From a bacterium (GTDB lineage Bacteria > UBA8248): 64,000 bases of DNA. The notes under the pieces were generated by a model. That model was not told the origin of the DNA. It worked only from the letters and a program-made list of their open reading frames with translations, and made no database searches. This document shows positions 30,127-41,344 of this stretch, piece by piece; position 1 is the stretch's first letter; each line of letters opens with the position of its first letter. Made by a program: the position numbers and the translations under genes. The DNA lies in NCBI GenBank assembly GCA_965204535.1, contig OZ241996.1:1408001-1472000 (forward strand), written 5' to 3'.

Positions 30127-31144
30127 GTGATTTCACTCCTTGCTGAACTTTCGGAAAAACCTTCTCGGCCATCATCTGCATCGTTTCCAAAACGAGAGAT
30201 TGAGGCATCCCCGGCCATTGAATGCTCATAATGAGGTGATTGATACCGAGAGCCGCCAGTTCCAATATGCTTTCTGCAACTTCATCCGGTGAACCTAGTA
30301 TGAATCTGTCTTTTAACAAATCATCGAACTGCTGTCCCAGATCGTCATCTCCTTTTGGCATGGCTTTATCTTGACCCCAACGGTGGTATTCACGATATTT
30401 GATCTCTAGATAGGGTTTGCTGAGCCGAATGGCTTCTGAGCGATCTTTAGCGACGAACACTTCGCGGCGCATCGGGAATTCATTTGGAAAAGGTTTGCCG
30501 AGTTCATCGAGCGTCTGGCGGTAAAGTTCTATTTGGCGTTTTGTCGTATCAAGGCGATTGTGCGGATTCACGTAATAACAATCGCCCAATCTGGCTGCGC
30601 GCCTTATGCCCGCGTCGCTGTTAGCTCCAATCCAAATGGGAGGGTGTGGTTTCTGAATGGGCTTGAGAGGGCACGATGCTTCGATGAGTTCAAAGTGAGA
30701 ACCTTTCATCGACACTTTTTCTTCTGACCAAAGTCGCTTGATGGCTTCGAGGTTTTCCTCAAGACGCTTTACCCTCTCCTTTTGCGTTGTGCCGAACCCC
30801 CTGAATTCCACTTCGCGGTAGCCAAGCCCAGCGCCGAATATGAGCTTCCCGTTAGACATCACGTCAATGGTTGCTAACTGCTCAGCGATATCCATCGGCT
30901 TGTGTAGAGATAGGAGTACAATGCCGGCATTGAGACGCAGTTTCGGGGCTTCTGCGTTTATGCGAGTGAGAAAAGGCAATTGCTGAAAATCCTGGAGCGG
31001 ATATGCGCTATAATGATTTCCTTTGGTGACCGATACGAACCCTAAGTCTTGGGCTCTTCTTGCTTGTTCCATCAATTCACGGAAACGAGACTGCATATCG
31101 TCTTCCAGGGTGAATTGACCTCTAAGCATGATTCCGAATTGCAT
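30110..31144 (-). CDS. LLM-class flavin-dependent oxidoreductase
   Basis: AEQLATIDVMSNGKLIFGAGLGYR, KPIQKPHPPIWIG, GSPDEV. Confidence 0.88.
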   Translation of the reverse strand: MQFGIMLRGQFTLEDDMQSRFRELMEQARRAQDLGFVSVTKGNHYSAYPLQDFQQLPFLTRINAEAPKLRLNAGIVLLSLHKPMDIAEQLATIDVMSNGKLIFGAGLGYREVEFRGFGTTQKERVKRLEENLEAIKRLWSEEKVSMKGSHFELIEASCPLKPIQKPHPPIWIGANSDAGIRRAARLGDCYYVNPHNRLDTTKRQIELYRQTLDELGKPFPNEFPMRREVFVAKDRSEAIRLSKPYLEIKYREYHRWGQDKAMPKGDDDLGQQFDDLLKDRFILGSPDEVAESILELAALGINHLIMSIQWPGMPQSLVLETMQMMAEKVFPKVQQGVKSRVINT

Positions 31145-31258
31145 TTTTATACCTTTTAGATAAGGAGAAAAGTATCATTTCGAATTGGGCGGCAAGATAC
31201 CGCACAAACACAAGCATGGGAATATTGTTACAGGCTGTCATCTCAAAGATGTGCGGTG

Positions 31259-34081
31259 TTATGTTCTTCCGCAGCAAAACTTGTATTTTTTGCCGCTACC
31301 GCAAGGACAAGGTTCATTACGGCCAACCTTAGGGGCAGCTCGTCTTACAGGCGTGGATGTCTGTATCGCCTCGTCGGTGGGAGCATCTCCAAATCCCGAA
31401 GCGTCCGCATGGGAAAACACCATTTCTTGTTCATGGCGTGATTCTTCCAAGGCGACATCCTCATCCGAAATATCAAGGCGATACATATAGAGTACCGTCT
31501 CTGCCTCGATTCTTTCTGTCATTGTTCCGAACATGTCGAAAGCTTCTTTCTTGTATTCGTTCAAGGGGTTTACCTGTGCATAGCCCCTCAATCCGATGCC
31601 CTCTTTGAGCTGTTCTATGTTGGTCAGATGATCCTTCCACTGGGTATCCAAGATTTGGATATAGATGAGTTTGGAGAGTTCCAGGACAGTTTCAGGAGCA
31701 AAGTTGCGGTATTTATCCTCAAAAACGTTTTGCACGAGATTGTCAACTCTTTGAACGAGTTCATCTCTTAATTCCTCTTCGATATCTACCACCATGGGTT
31801 CGGAGGTTGAGAAAATGACTTTTTGTCCCTCCACTGTCGCGTGGATACCATATTGACTCTCAACCGCGCCCGCGAAAGCCTCCAAATCCCAATCTTCAAA
31901 ATGTTCTGATTCCGGTAAATGCAAATCAACAATGGAATCAAGAATGCCAGATGCAAACTCTCTGATTCGCTCGAGTACATCGGTACCTTCTAAAATTTCT
32001 CGACGCATCGAATAGATAACCTCGCGTTGCTTATTCATCACGTCATCATATTCGAGAAGATGTTTTCTCATTTCGAAGTGATGCGCCTCGACACGTTTCT
32101 GAGCGTTCTCGATGGCACGCGTCACCATCCTTGCTTCTATGGGCACTCCTTCCTCCATGCCCAACTTTTCCATCAAGCCCTTGATTCTGTCGGAACCGAA
32201 AATACGCAACAAATCATCTTCGAGGGAAAGGAAAAATCGCGAACTCCCTGGGTCTCCTTGCCTGCCCGATCGGCCACGGAGTTGGTTGTCAATGCGACGG
32301 CTTTCATGCCGTTCGGTTCCCAGCACATGAAGGCCTCCCAACTTAACAACTTCATCATGCTCCGCTTGGCACAACTCTCGGAAATCCTTCAAAGCATGTT
32401 CATACTCAGGACCTTCATTCGTATTCGTTTTGGCAGAGGCGAGAAACTCAGGATTCCCGCCAAGAAGTATATCCGTTCCACGGCCCGCCATATTGGTGGA
32501 TATCGTAACAGCTCCCTTGCGGCCTGCCTGTGCGATAATCTCCGCTTCCTTACTATGGTTTTTTGCGTTGAGAACATGATGTGGAATACGTCTTCTTTTA
32601 AGAATCGAGGCGAGTCTTTCGCTTTTTTCTATATTGATTGTACCTACTAATACCGGTTGCCCTCTCTTGTGGCATTCAAGTATCTCATCCACTACGGCAT
32701 CTATCTTTTCTCGCTCTGAGCGATAGACCACATCAGGATATTCAGTTCGAATCAATTCACGATTCGTCGGCACAACAGCCACATCTATTTTGTAAGTAGA
32801 ATTGAATTCCGCCGCTTCGGTATCCGCTGTCCCGGTCATGCCAGCCAGTTTGTTGTAAAGGCGGAAATAATTTTGAAATGTGATTGTCGCCAAAGTCACA
32901 TTTTCTTCCTGAATCTTGACGCCCTCTTTCGCCTCTAGTGCCTGGTGGAGGCCATCACTAAAGCGTCGGCCTGGCATCATACGCCCCGTGAATTCATCGA
33001 CTATGACAACCTCGTTGTCCTTCACAACATAATCGATATCTTTGGTGAACAGCACATGCGCCTTTAAGGCCTGCTCCACATGATGCAGCACCGTAATGCT
33101 GTTCATATCATACAAACTTTGGTCATTTGCCATGATGCCGGAGCGGCGAAGAAGTTTTTCGGCTTCATGCCCGCCTGCTTCTTTTAGGTTTACCGTCCGG
33201 CTTTTTTCATCGACAATCAGATATTCGTATTTTTTCTTACTAATGACATCTTTGCCGCCCTCGACATATCCATCGTCTTCTTCCTCGCTGTCTTTCTCAA
33301 CAACGCCTTGTTGCTCTTTGAGCAGGGGACGTATGACGCGGTTTATAACACCATAAAGCCGCGTGGCTTCATCCGCCGGCCCACTGATGATGAGAGGAGT
33401 CCTGGCTTCATCGATCAATATGCTGTCGACTTCATCTACGATGGCGTAATTTAATTCGCGCATGACACGACTGCCGGGCTCGAATTTCATGTTGTCTCTC
33501 AAATAATCGAACCCGAACTCGTTATTCGTGCCATATGTGATGTCGCAGGCATATGCACGTCGCCGCGCATCATCATCCATGCCATGTTGAATACACCCGA
33601 CAGTAAGACCCAGCGCCCTGAAGAGACGGCCCATCCATTCAGAATCACGACTCGCAAGATAATCATTCACGGTAACGATGTGCACACCCTTGCCCTCTAA
33701 AGCATTCAAATAGGCCGCAAGAGTAGCGACGAGGGTTTTGCCTTCCCCGGTTTTCATCTCGGCAATTTTCCCGCCGTGCAGAATAGTGCCTCCGATGAGT
33801 TGAACGTCAAAATGACGCATTTGGAGATGACGCCAGCCCGCTTCTCGGACCAAAGCGAATGCTTCCGGCAAAATGTCATCCAATGTTTCATCGGTCGTGA
33901 GCCGCTCTTTGAAGCGCTTTGTCTCCTCGCGCATCTGTGCATCGGTCATCTCTTTCACGCGGGATTCATGAGAACTGATCTCCGCGACTACCGGGTGCAT
34001 CTTCTTGAGCAGACGGTCATTCGCCGTCCCGAAAACAGATTTGAACATCGATTTACTTGATTCAAGAACCGAGCCTATCAT
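31259..34081 (-). CDS. secA: preprotein translocase subunit SecA
   Basis: [52 protein letters not shown] tail [19 protein letters not shown]. Confidence 0.99.
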   Translation of the reverse strand: MIGSVLESSKSMFKSVFGTANDRLLKKMHPVVAEISSHESRVKEMTDAQMREETKRFKERLTTDETLDDILPEAFALVREAGWRHLQMRHFDVQLIGGTILHGGKIAEMKTGEGKTLVATLAAYLNALEGKGVHIVTVNDYLASRDSEWMGRLFRALGLTVGCIQHGMDDDARRRAYACDITYGTNNEFGFDYLRDNMKFEPGSRVMRELNYAIVDEVDSILIDEARTPLIISGPADEATRLYGVINRVIRPLLKEQQGVVEKDSEEEDDGYVEGGKDVISKKKYEYLIVDEKSRTVNLKEAGGHEAEKLLRRSGIMANDQSLYDMNSITVLHHVEQALKAHVLFTKDIDYVVKDNEVVIVDEFTGRMMPGRRFSDGLHQALEAKEGVKIQEENVTLATITFQNYFRLYNKLAGMTGTADTEAAEFNSTYKIDVAVVPTNRELIRTEYPDVVYRSEREKIDAVVDEILECHKRGQPVLVGTINIEKSERLASILKRRRIPHHVLNAKNHSKEAEIIAQAGRKGAVTISTNMAGRGTDILLGGNPEFLASAKTNTNEGPEYEHALKDFRELCQAEHDEVVKLGGLHVLGTERHESRRIDNQLRGRSGRQGDPGSSRFFLSLEDDLLRIFGSDRIKGLMEKLGMEEGVPIEARMVTRAIENAQKRVEAHHFEMRKHLLEYDDVMNKQREVIYSMRREILEGTDVLERIREFASGILDSIVDLHLPESEHFEDWDLEAFAGAVESQYGIHATVEGQKVIFSTSEPMVVDIEEELRDELVQRVDNLVQNVFEDKYRNFAPETVLELSKLIYIQILDTQWKDHLTNIEQLKEGIGLRGYAQVNPLNEYKKEAFDMFGTMTERIEAETVLYMYRLDISDEDVALEESRHEQEMVFSHADASGFGDAPTDEAIQTSTPVRRAAPKVGRNEPCPCGSGKKYKFCCGRT

Positions 34082-34191
34082 TCATCACTCCGTGGGGTTC
34101 ATGCGTACGGGCACCTTTCGTGCAAACATAGACTATCATGGTGTCTTGGGGAGAAAAAGCGTGTGCATCAGGCGGGATGATGGCTATTTAT

Positions 34192-35097
34192 TTACTCTAC
34201 GATATATAATCTGGGGTTGACTGCGACTCCGTTTATCCTAACTTCATAGTGAAGATGTGGCCCGGTAGATCTTCCAGTGGAACCAACTTTGGCAATAATG
34301 TCACCTCTTTTTACACGTTGGCCGACTTTCACCAAATTCACGCTATTATGAGCAAATGTTGTAACAATACCCTGCATGTGCTGGATTCGAACAGTTTTCC
34401 CAAATCCCCCTATTCTTTTGGTGCTGATGACGACACCATCCGCCGGGGCGAATATGGGGGTTCCTACCCTTGCGACGACATCAATTCCAGCATGAAATTC
34501 TCGCCGATTCGTAAACGGGGAGCGCCTGTAACCGAAGCTAGACGAGAGCCAACCCTTAACAGGCCATATAGAGGGTGTGTGAGCAAGCAATACACTTTTG
34601 TCGCGGAACGCTCTCAATAAGTCATTGAACGCGCTTTCTTGCTCAGTAGCGCGCTTTTCGATGTCTTGGAATTGACGATTTAATCTCCGAATAAACCTTT
34701 GTTCAGACGGGGTGAGCTTCTCCAAGTCTTCGGGCAGCGCGTCTTTTGAGACACCTCCTACACCCAAGGCGTCTTTTTGTTTGCCCGGTTTCAGTGAGGC
34801 CATGATTCGAAGTTGGTCTTCAAGTTGCTTGAGTTGTATCAGGTTGTCGTCTAGGGATTGGAGCTTGACGTTGAATTTTTCGAGAAGCTCCTTTTGTGTT
34901 TGGTTTTGCTTTTCTAGAGGGGGGAGTTTAGCTAAATGCTTTGCTGTGTGAATTCTCTCTTGTACAAGGTAAAGTGCCGTTCCAACGAGAGAACAAAAAC
35001 CAAAGAGCAATAAGATTAGCATTCCCCTGGTGATACTAACGCGTCGGGTACTGCTGGAATTGCTCGGTATCACTATAATGGTGTACTTCTTACCCAT
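34192..35097 (-). CDS. M23-family metallopeptidase with N-terminal TM and coiled coil
   Basis: PSIWPVKGWLSS.FG.R, HAGID, GSTGRSTGPHLHYEV. Confidence 0.92.
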   Translation of the reverse strand: MGKKYTIIVIPSNSSSTRRVSITRGMLILLLFGFCSLVGTALYLVQERIHTAKHLAKLPPLEKQNQTQKELLEKFNVKLQSLDDNLIQLKQLEDQLRIMASLKPGKQKDALGVGGVSKDALPEDLEKLTPSEQRFIRRLNRQFQDIEKRATEQESAFNDLLRAFRDKSVLLAHTPSIWPVKGWLSSSFGYRRSPFTNRREFHAGIDVVARVGTPIFAPADGVVISTKRIGGFGKTVRIQHMQGIVTTFAHNSVNLVKVGQRVKRGDIIAKVGSTGRSTGPHLHYEVRINGVAVNPRLYIVE

Positions 35098-35261
35098 GGG
35101 GTACACCTCCCAGGAACTTGCTAAAATGTTTATTGTGCAAATGGAAACAAGTGTTTCCCCAGTCACTCACTCGTAGTAGATAAAACAAATTATCAAGGCT
35201 GCGGAGACAAGTCAAACTAATATTTGGAACGATAAGCAGTTGTATTTACAGAAATCCCTAT

Positions 35262-36092
35262 TCAACGCATTACAGCTCCCGAGTCGACCAGAATAGCTTG
35301 ACCGGTAATAGTTTTCGCATCATCGCTCGCTAAAAAGGCGACCGCACGTCCAATATCTTCAGTCGATTGCTCAATTCCCATAGGTGTTTGTTCCACAAAA
35401 TAGTCGAAAACTTCTCTGGCAGTTTTTCCTTTGAAATTTGGGAATTTTTTTCTGAACTGAGTGGCCAACTGTTCCCACATTGCGCTCCAGATTAGACCTG
35501 GACAAACTGCGTTCACTGTAATGCCTGAGCGAGCTACTTCCCGCGCAAGTGCCTGGGTGAAAATAATTACCGCCGCTTTGCTCGCGCTGTAATGAGGTAT
35601 GGTTTCGCGGCCATCACGTCCGGCACGCGAGGAGATATTGATGATACGCCCCCAACCTTTCCCCTTCATCTTTTCAAGCGATGCTTGACACAGCAAAAAG
35701 ACACCTTTGACGTTGACGTTGTACGTGTCGTCCCAATCATCTTCATTGATGTCGGATAGAGGCATACCTAGCTTGAAATCCGCCCCGCCAATGACGCCTG
35801 CATTGTTAACCACTATATCCAAGCCGCCCATTTCTTTAGTGGTCGCATCTACGATTTCTACACATTGACTCTTATCTGTCACATCAAGAACATATGGAAT
35901 GATGTTGACGCCGAATTTTTCTATTTCTTCCGCTGCTGCCTCAGCACCGGATTTTGCGATGTCGGCCAATGCCAAATGGACACCCTCTTCTGCCAGGCAT
36001 CGAGCGATGCCGCGACCTATTCCACCTCCGGCGCCGGTGATGAGCGCCACCTTGCCTTTAAGACCGCGTTCTCTTGCCGCTGGGGAAGACAT
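35262..36092 (-). CDS. SDR-family oxidoreductase
   Basis: TGAGGGIG, NNAG, YSASK, VNAVCPG. Confidence 0.92.
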   Translation of the reverse strand: MSSPAARERGLKGKVALITGAGGGIGRGIARCLAEEGVHLALADIAKSGAEAAAEEIEKFGVNIIPYVLDVTDKSQCVEIVDATTKEMGGLDIVVNNAGVIGGADFKLGMPLSDINEDDWDDTYNVNVKGVFLLCQASLEKMKGKGWGRIINISSRAGRDGRETIPHYSASKAAVIIFTQALAREVARSGITVNAVCPGLIWSAMWEQLATQFRKKFPNFKGKTAREVFDYFVEQTPMGIEQSTEDIGRAVAFLASDDAKTITGQAILVDSGAVMR

Positions 36093-36095
36093 CGC

Positions 36096-36494
36096 TTATT
36101 TTCCATACCCTGTCATGGCCCCTCCTGCTTCTAACCAATCCTCAAATACCTGGAGGCTTTCTAAAACAGCGGGGACGCCGCTGTATGGCGACATCTGAAA
36201 AATCACCTCCATGATTTCTTTATCCGTTGCGCCGTAACTTCGCGCGGCCGTGAAATGGGAGCGCATCTGGTTGAATCGTCCCGTGACACATAAAGCAGCG
36301 AGTGCGCAAAACTCTCTGGTCTTGTGCGGAAGAACATCGCGATCGTACAGCCCCCCGTGAACGAATCGCTGGAACAACATGGAGAAATCAGGATCGAGTT
36401 TGTTCAGTCTGCCAAACAGTTTTTCCGTGTAACCTTCTCCGTATTGCGTATCCCCGCGCCGAATCGCCGGTGGATAAAATTCTTCGGTCATCAA
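36096..36494 (-). CDS. carboxymuconolactone decarboxylase (CMD) family protein
   Basis: R..L..KTRE...L.AL, H...A...GAT..EI.E, YSGVPA. Confidence 0.8.
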   Translation of the reverse strand: MMTEEFYPPAIRRGDTQYGEGYTEKLFGRLNKLDPDFSMLFQRFVHGGLYDRDVLPHKTREFCALAALCVTGRFNQMRSHFTAARSYGATDKEIMEVIFQMSPYSGVPAVLESLQVFEDWLEAGGAMTGYGK

Positions 36495-36526
36495 TCATTC
36501 TCCCCAGATGTAATGCTCAAAATCCG

Positions 36527-37459
36527 CTAGTCTGCTTTTATAATTTCGTTGCGCAAACGACCCAGCCCGCCGATTTCCACTTCCACCACATCACCCGGCG
36601 TTAGAAACGAGGGTGTTTCTCGAGCGTATCCCACACCCGAAGGCGTACCCGTCAAAAAGATATCGCCCGGCTCCAGGGTGAAACCTTCTGAAAGTACCGA
36701 GATCATCGACGGGATATCGTGGATCATCATGTTCGTGTTCGAATCCTGGCGTGCTTCGCCATTCACCCAGCTTTTAACGGTCTGGTTCATCGGGTCGCCA
36801 TAGTCCTCTTTGGGAACGATGTATGGGCCGAGCGGGCATGTGCCATCAAGGGTCTTGCCCTTGAAAATCTGCTTATGGCGCCTTTGAATATCTCTCGCGG
36901 AGATGTCGTTGGCGCAGCAATAGCCGAAGACGTGCTCATAAACTTCATCCTTGGGGATATTTTTTCCTTTTTTACCGATGATGACGGCGATTTCAGCTTC
37001 GTAATCGAGCTTTTCCGTCACCCGGTGCGCGGGTATGCCCTCATTGTGTCCGATGAGGGTGCTCTGGGCCTTGGTGAAGAATATGGGGTGGTCGAGCTCG
37101 ACCCTTGTCGTTTGCACATCCTTTGCTTGTAATCCCTCGTTTACATGGTCCTGGTAGTTGAGCCCCATGCAAAGAACATGCTTGGGCGGATGGGGAATCG
37201 GGGATATGTGGTGCACATCTTCGGGCGCCATGAGGACGGGAGCTAAATCTTTCTCGTTTTCCTCCGCCCGTGCGACCAACTCATGAAGCGCAGGTCCATG
37301 AGTTTCCCAAGAATTTATGAGTTCAATCATACTGCCGAATGCGAGTTCTTTCTTTCCCAGAATCCCGGCCAGACGCGACAGGTGAGCGATTTTCTCCCCC
37401 ACATACACGCCGACTCTTTCAAGCCCTCTGTAATTGTAAGACAACAGTTTCATTCGCAT
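36527..37459 (-). CDS. fumarylacetoacetate hydrolase family protein
   Basis: CMGLNY..H, LDYEAEI, NDISARD, GKTLD, PGDIFLTGTPSGVG. Confidence 0.92.
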   Translation of the reverse strand: MRMKLLSYNYRGLERVGVYVGEKIAHLSRLAGILGKKELAFGSMIELINSWETHGPALHELVARAEENEKDLAPVLMAPEDVHHISPIPHPPKHVLCMGLNYQDHVNEGLQAKDVQTTRVELDHPIFFTKAQSTLIGHNEGIPAHRVTEKLDYEAEIAVIIGKKGKNIPKDEVYEHVFGYCCANDISARDIQRRHKQIFKGKTLDGTCPLGPYIVPKEDYGDPMNQTVKSWVNGEARQDSNTNMMIHDIPSMISVLSEGFTLEPGDIFLTGTPSGVGYARETPSFLTPGDVVEVEIGGLGRLRNEIIKAD

Positions 37460-37485
37460 CTCCTAGTGAAAAGATTCTCGGATAT

Positions 37486-38574
37486 TCAGGAAACTTTGTA
37501 GCGTTCGATCGCATCCGGCGTAAATTCCACGCCGTGACCGGGCGCGTCGGGGACATTGATACACCCATCGCGCACCGTGAAATCTTGCGTGAAATCATCG
37601 GGAGAGAAAAATTCCATGTATTCGACCATATAGCCCCGGGGCGTTGCGCCCACGAGGCTGACCGACAATTCATGGGCCAGATGACTGCTCAGGGAAATGT
37701 TGAAGGCATCGGCCAGATGCGCAACTTTGATGAATTCCGTCACCCCGCCGCAGCGGCAAACATCGGGCTGCAAAAAGCCCACCGCGCGGCGCTCGCATAT
37801 CTCCCGGAATCCCCAGCGCATGTAGGCGTTCTCGCCCGCTGCCGTGGGCACCATGCTCTTCTCCGCCACCTCCGCGAGGTCATCGACGCAATCGGCCAGC
37901 ACGGGTTCTTCGAACCATGCAACGCCGTATTCCGCCAGCATTGCTGAAACTTCCACAGCCTCGCGCACGTTGTAGTTCTGGTTCGCATCGCAAAAGAGAA
38001 TGAAATCCTCTCCCATATTCTCCCGGAGGTATTCGAGGCGCTCTGCGTCACGCGGCGTGCCGATTTTGAGTTTGTAGCCGCTCATGCCGAGCGAGGCGGC
38101 CTCCTGGGCTTCTTCGAGCAGTTCCGAATCCGGGAGCGTATGCCAGCCCCCGCTGCCGTAGACCGGCATTTCCTGGCGAAATCCGCCCAAGAGGCGATTC
38201 AGGGGCAGGCCGGCGACTTTCGCCACGATGTCCCAGCAGGCGATGTCCACGGCGGAAAGCGAGTACAAGCCCAACCCGCCGCGCATCCTCGCCTTGTTCG
38301 GCGCCCACATGCGATTCCAAAGCGCCTCGGGGGCCAGTGCGTCCTGCCCTGTCACCAATGGAACCAATTCGTTTTGGATGTACGGCAGCATGGCGGCGCC
38401 GCCCTCACCTCCCAGACCCATCGTGAAACCCGTGCCGCTCGGCCCGCCTTCGGTATGCAGGTGCACCACGACGACGTCGAGATGCGTATAGGCGCCGAGC
38501 GAGCTCTGAAATGTTTTTTTGAGGGGTACCTTGAGGGGCATCGCCTCAAGTGAGCGTATGGCCAATTTTGTCAT
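37486..38574 (-). CDS. mandelate racemase / muconate lactonizing enzyme family protein
   Basis: SAVDIACWDI, KLK, DAN, WFEEP, AGEN, QPD, PDAPGHGV. Confidence 0.92.
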   Translation of the reverse strand: MTKLAIRSLEAMPLKVPLKKTFQSSLGAYTHLDVVVVHLHTEGGPSGTGFTMGLGGEGGAAMLPYIQNELVPLVTGQDALAPEALWNRMWAPNKARMRGGLGLYSLSAVDIACWDIVAKVAGLPLNRLLGGFRQEMPVYGSGGWHTLPDSELLEEAQEAASLGMSGYKLKIGTPRDAERLEYLRENMGEDFILFCDANQNYNVREAVEVSAMLAEYGVAWFEEPVLADCVDDLAEVAEKSMVPTAAGENAYMRWGFREICERRAVGFLQPDVCRCGGVTEFIKVAHLADAFNISLSSHLAHELSVSLVGATPRGYMVEYMEFFSPDDFTQDFTVRDGCINVPDAPGHGVEFTPDAIERYKVS

Positions 38575-38584
38575 TTCGTCTCCG

Positions 38585-39760
38585 CTATAAGAACTTCATC
38601 GAACGAATGCGCATCACTTGGTTCGTTCCGTCGGAATGCAGGAAACTGGTCACGTCTCTCATGTATTTCTCCATCGGCGCATCCGTCATGTAACCGGTGC
38701 CGCCCCATACCTCCAGTGCGCGCGTGGCGATCCGGTATGAGGATTCGGACACGAAACACTTGGTCATGAAACCCATCTTGGGGTCATAGAGGCCTTCCTG
38801 GCCCACCGTCCAGGCGGCGTAGTGGAGCAACCGCCTGCTCGCTTCGTATTCGGCGAAACAATCCGCCAGCATGAAGCCTATCGCCTGATGCTCGATGATC
38901 GGCCTGCCCCCCTGAATTCGGCTCCTCGCGTGCGCCAGGGCGTCTTCATAGGCCGCCCGGGCGGTTCCGAGAACGGTGGCGGCCGCTTCTATGTTCGAGC
39001 CGGGAAAGAACAGCCGGCGCGCCTCCATGGCGCGGTTCACTTCCGTGACGCGGTTTTCATCCGGTATCCGGCAATTCTCAAAGATGAGTTCCGCGTTCAG
39101 GGAGAGACGCTGCCCCATTTTGTCGTGAATCTTCCCGTAGCGAAAACCTTCCATGTCCGGCGTGATGAGGAAATACGTCATTCCCTGGGACACGCCTTTC
39201 GTCGGGTCCGTCCGCATGGCGACGATGCAGAGCTTAGCGATTCCGCCGTTGCTGATGTAGCGCTTCTTGCCGTTGGCTATCCAGCCATCCCCCTCGCGCA
39301 CGGCGGTCGTACGCACGCCGGCGTCGGGGCTGTCGTAGGGGACGATGTTGTCAGAACCCGCGGTTTCCTCCGTCATCCCGACGGCCATGTGGAAACGATG
39401 GTCTTCCAGAATAGATTTCAGATACCGCTCTTTCTGGTCGTCATTCGTCAGTTTGTCGAACAGGTGGGATATCTTCCAGGTCTGATCAAACGTGACGGCC
39501 GTGCCCATATCGCCCCAGGCGAGTTCCTCGCCCACGAGGCAAAGCGTGAGGTTATCGCAGCCCGCACCGCCCAACGCCTTGGGAAGCGCCAGGGTTCTCA
39601 GACCCAGCCTGCTCCCCTTTTCCAGCACCTCCCAGGGGAAACGCTTCATCGGGTCGGGTTCTCTGTCGAGCGCTGCCGCCACGGGGCGTATCTCCTGCGC
39701 GGCGAAGTCGTGCGCCCTCTTCTGGAGTTCAACCTGTTCGGGAGTGAGTGTGAAATCCAT
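38585..39760 (-). CDS. acyl-CoA dehydrogenase family protein
   Basis: MTEETAGSD, NGKKRYISNG, KMGQR, RIQGGRPI..HQ, GGTGY. Confidence 0.92.
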   Translation of the reverse strand: MDFTLTPEQVELQKRAHDFAAQEIRPVAAALDREPDPMKRFPWEVLEKGSRLGLRTLALPKALGGAGCDNLTLCLVGEELAWGDMGTAVTFDQTWKISHLFDKLTNDDQKERYLKSILEDHRFHMAVGMTEETAGSDNIVPYDSPDAGVRTTAVREGDGWIANGKKRYISNGGIAKLCIVAMRTDPTKGVSQGMTYFLITPDMEGFRYGKIHDKMGQRLSLNAELIFENCRIPDENRVTEVNRAMEARRLFFPGSNIEAAATVLGTARAAYEDALAHARSRIQGGRPIIEHQAIGFMLADCFAEYEASRRLLHYAAWTVGQEGLYDPKMGFMTKCFVSESSYRIATRALEVWGGTGYMTDAPMEKYMRDVTSFLHSDGTNQVMRIRSMKFL

Positions 39761-40388
39761 ATATCATCCTCTGTCTGGTGAGCCGGGCCGTCCGCCATGC
39801 GCCGCCGCGCCCGCGCCAAATCGCCGTTCAAGGTAGTATGGTGCGCCTGATATTATCCCCTCGCTCCTGCGGGCGCAATCGGGAACCGGGCTTGAGATTC
39901 GCCGGGAAGAGCAAACCGGCGATGCGGGGAGTGGATGCCGCCGGGGGAGGAGTTTCGTTCGCGCAAATGCGGGCAATTGCGTGGTCTGAAAAACTTTTTT
40001 TAATTCGAGAAATTTCGATAAATACCTAATGCGTTACATTATATTATGGCCACTATCATCTGTTATAGTTGCCAATTTTGAGTTAGTTTTCACCTCGAAC
40101 TTTTTCAGGAATTTATCGATATTTCTCGTATTTTTCAGTATTGCAAAATCCGCGTCGCTCATTCTGATCTCAAGAGGTTTCATGCTTTCCGCTCTCCGTC
40201 CGAATCGCCGGCGTCCCGAAGATTTCCGCACCCCGCCTTCATGGAGGGGCGTCCCGAGATTAGCGCAGAGGCGGCAGAAAGAATCTACCGCAAATGCGGG
40301 GAAATGCGCGGTTCGCTCCGATTCGCGGGGTCAAATCCGACTGATGAGAGCTTGTTCTAAAAACCTCGTCGGAAGAACATCGCTTCCA

Positions 40389-40608
40389 AGGGCCGTTGAA
40401 AAAGTCCACATAGTCCCCTAGAAGCAGAGGGTTTGTAGGGACAGGCCCCTGTGCCTGTCCCTGTGAAGGGCAACCAGGGGGATGGGTATATCTCGATACG
40501 GGCGGCCACGGGGGGCCGCCCCTACGGGTGAATGCGATTTTAATCGTCATTCCGGGCGAGGAGGGGTTTTTCAACAACCCCTCGCAAGGCGGCTTTTTCA
40601 ACGGCCCC
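40389..40608. mobile_element. MITE-like element 4 with a nested second right end
   Basis: AGGGCCGTTGAAAAAG / CTTTTTCAACGGCCCC plus an extra TTTTTCAACAACCCC at 40567-40581. Cargo GTAGGGACAGGCCCCTGTGCCTGTCCC...GGGCGGCCACGGGGGGCCGCCCCTAC. Confidence 0.7.
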
Positions 40609-40627
40609 TCCTCGCCCGGATTTACCC

Positions 40628-41344
40628 CTACTCGTGATAAATCGCCACGGCGCGCACGGGCGAACCCGTTCCCCCTCGAATCTTGAGCGGCAGGCAGGAG
40701 AAGATGAACTTCGTGTTCACCACCTCTTTCAGGTTGCCCAGGTTCTCCACGTTCAGCACCTTGCGCTCCCGGCAGACTTTGTGGGCCCAGTAGCCCTTGT
40801 CTCGGAAGGCCTGTGAGGAATCCACGCTCGGCGAATCGATGCCGACGTTGATGCAGCCCCTGTCCGCCAGCCAGTTCATCGCCGCCTCGGAGAGGCCCGG
40901 ATAGGTATACAGCCAGTCGTGGTAGTCGCCTCCGTAGTTCGCCTCGTAGTGGCCCGTCCAGATGAGGACTGTTCCCTTCTCGGGTACTTCCAGGTCCGCC
41001 CTGGCGCACGCTTCTTCCAGGTCGGCCGGCTCCATCCAGTCCTCGGTGTTGCAGAATTTCGACATATCGAGGCAAATCGCCTCGTTGTAGAACCACTCGA
41101 GGCCCAATTCGTCGATGGTCTCCCCGTCCTTGTCGATGTGGTAGAAGGCGTCCACGTGGCTGGGGCCGTGGTCGCTCATCACGAGGCAGTTCGAGGTCGA
41201 GGTGTGGCCCGAGGGCGAATTCGCATAGGCCTTCGCCGTCTCCTCGTGCGTCTTGTTGGGAAAGATGCCCGTCCGCTGGTGGCCGGGGTATACGGGCATG
41301 CCGTCAAAAATCTCCTGCGATAAATCCACGATGCGAATTGCCAT
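40628..41344 (-). CDS. cyclase family metal-dependent hydrolase (kynurenine formamidase-like)
   Basis: IVDLS, HGPSHVDAFYH, VGIDSPSVD, VENL, LPLKIRGGTGSPVRAVA. Confidence 0.9.
   Translation of the reverse strand: MAIRIVDLSQEIFDGMPVYPGHQRTGIFPNKTHEETAKAYANSPSGHTSTSNCLVMSDHGPSHVDAFYHIDKDGETIDELGLEWFYNEAICLDMSKFCNTEDWMEPADLEEACARADLEVPEKGTVLIWTGHYEANYGGDYHDWLYTYPGLSEAAMNWLADRGCINVGIDSPSVDSSQAFRDKGYWAHKVCRERKVLNVENLGNLKEVVNTKFIFSCLPLKIRGGTGSPVRAVAIYHE

Noticed and set aside
40034-40421. Short ORFs in the AT-rich 39.9-40.4 kb gap
   Set aside because: No recognisable domain or convincing RBS; treated as non-coding or decayed.
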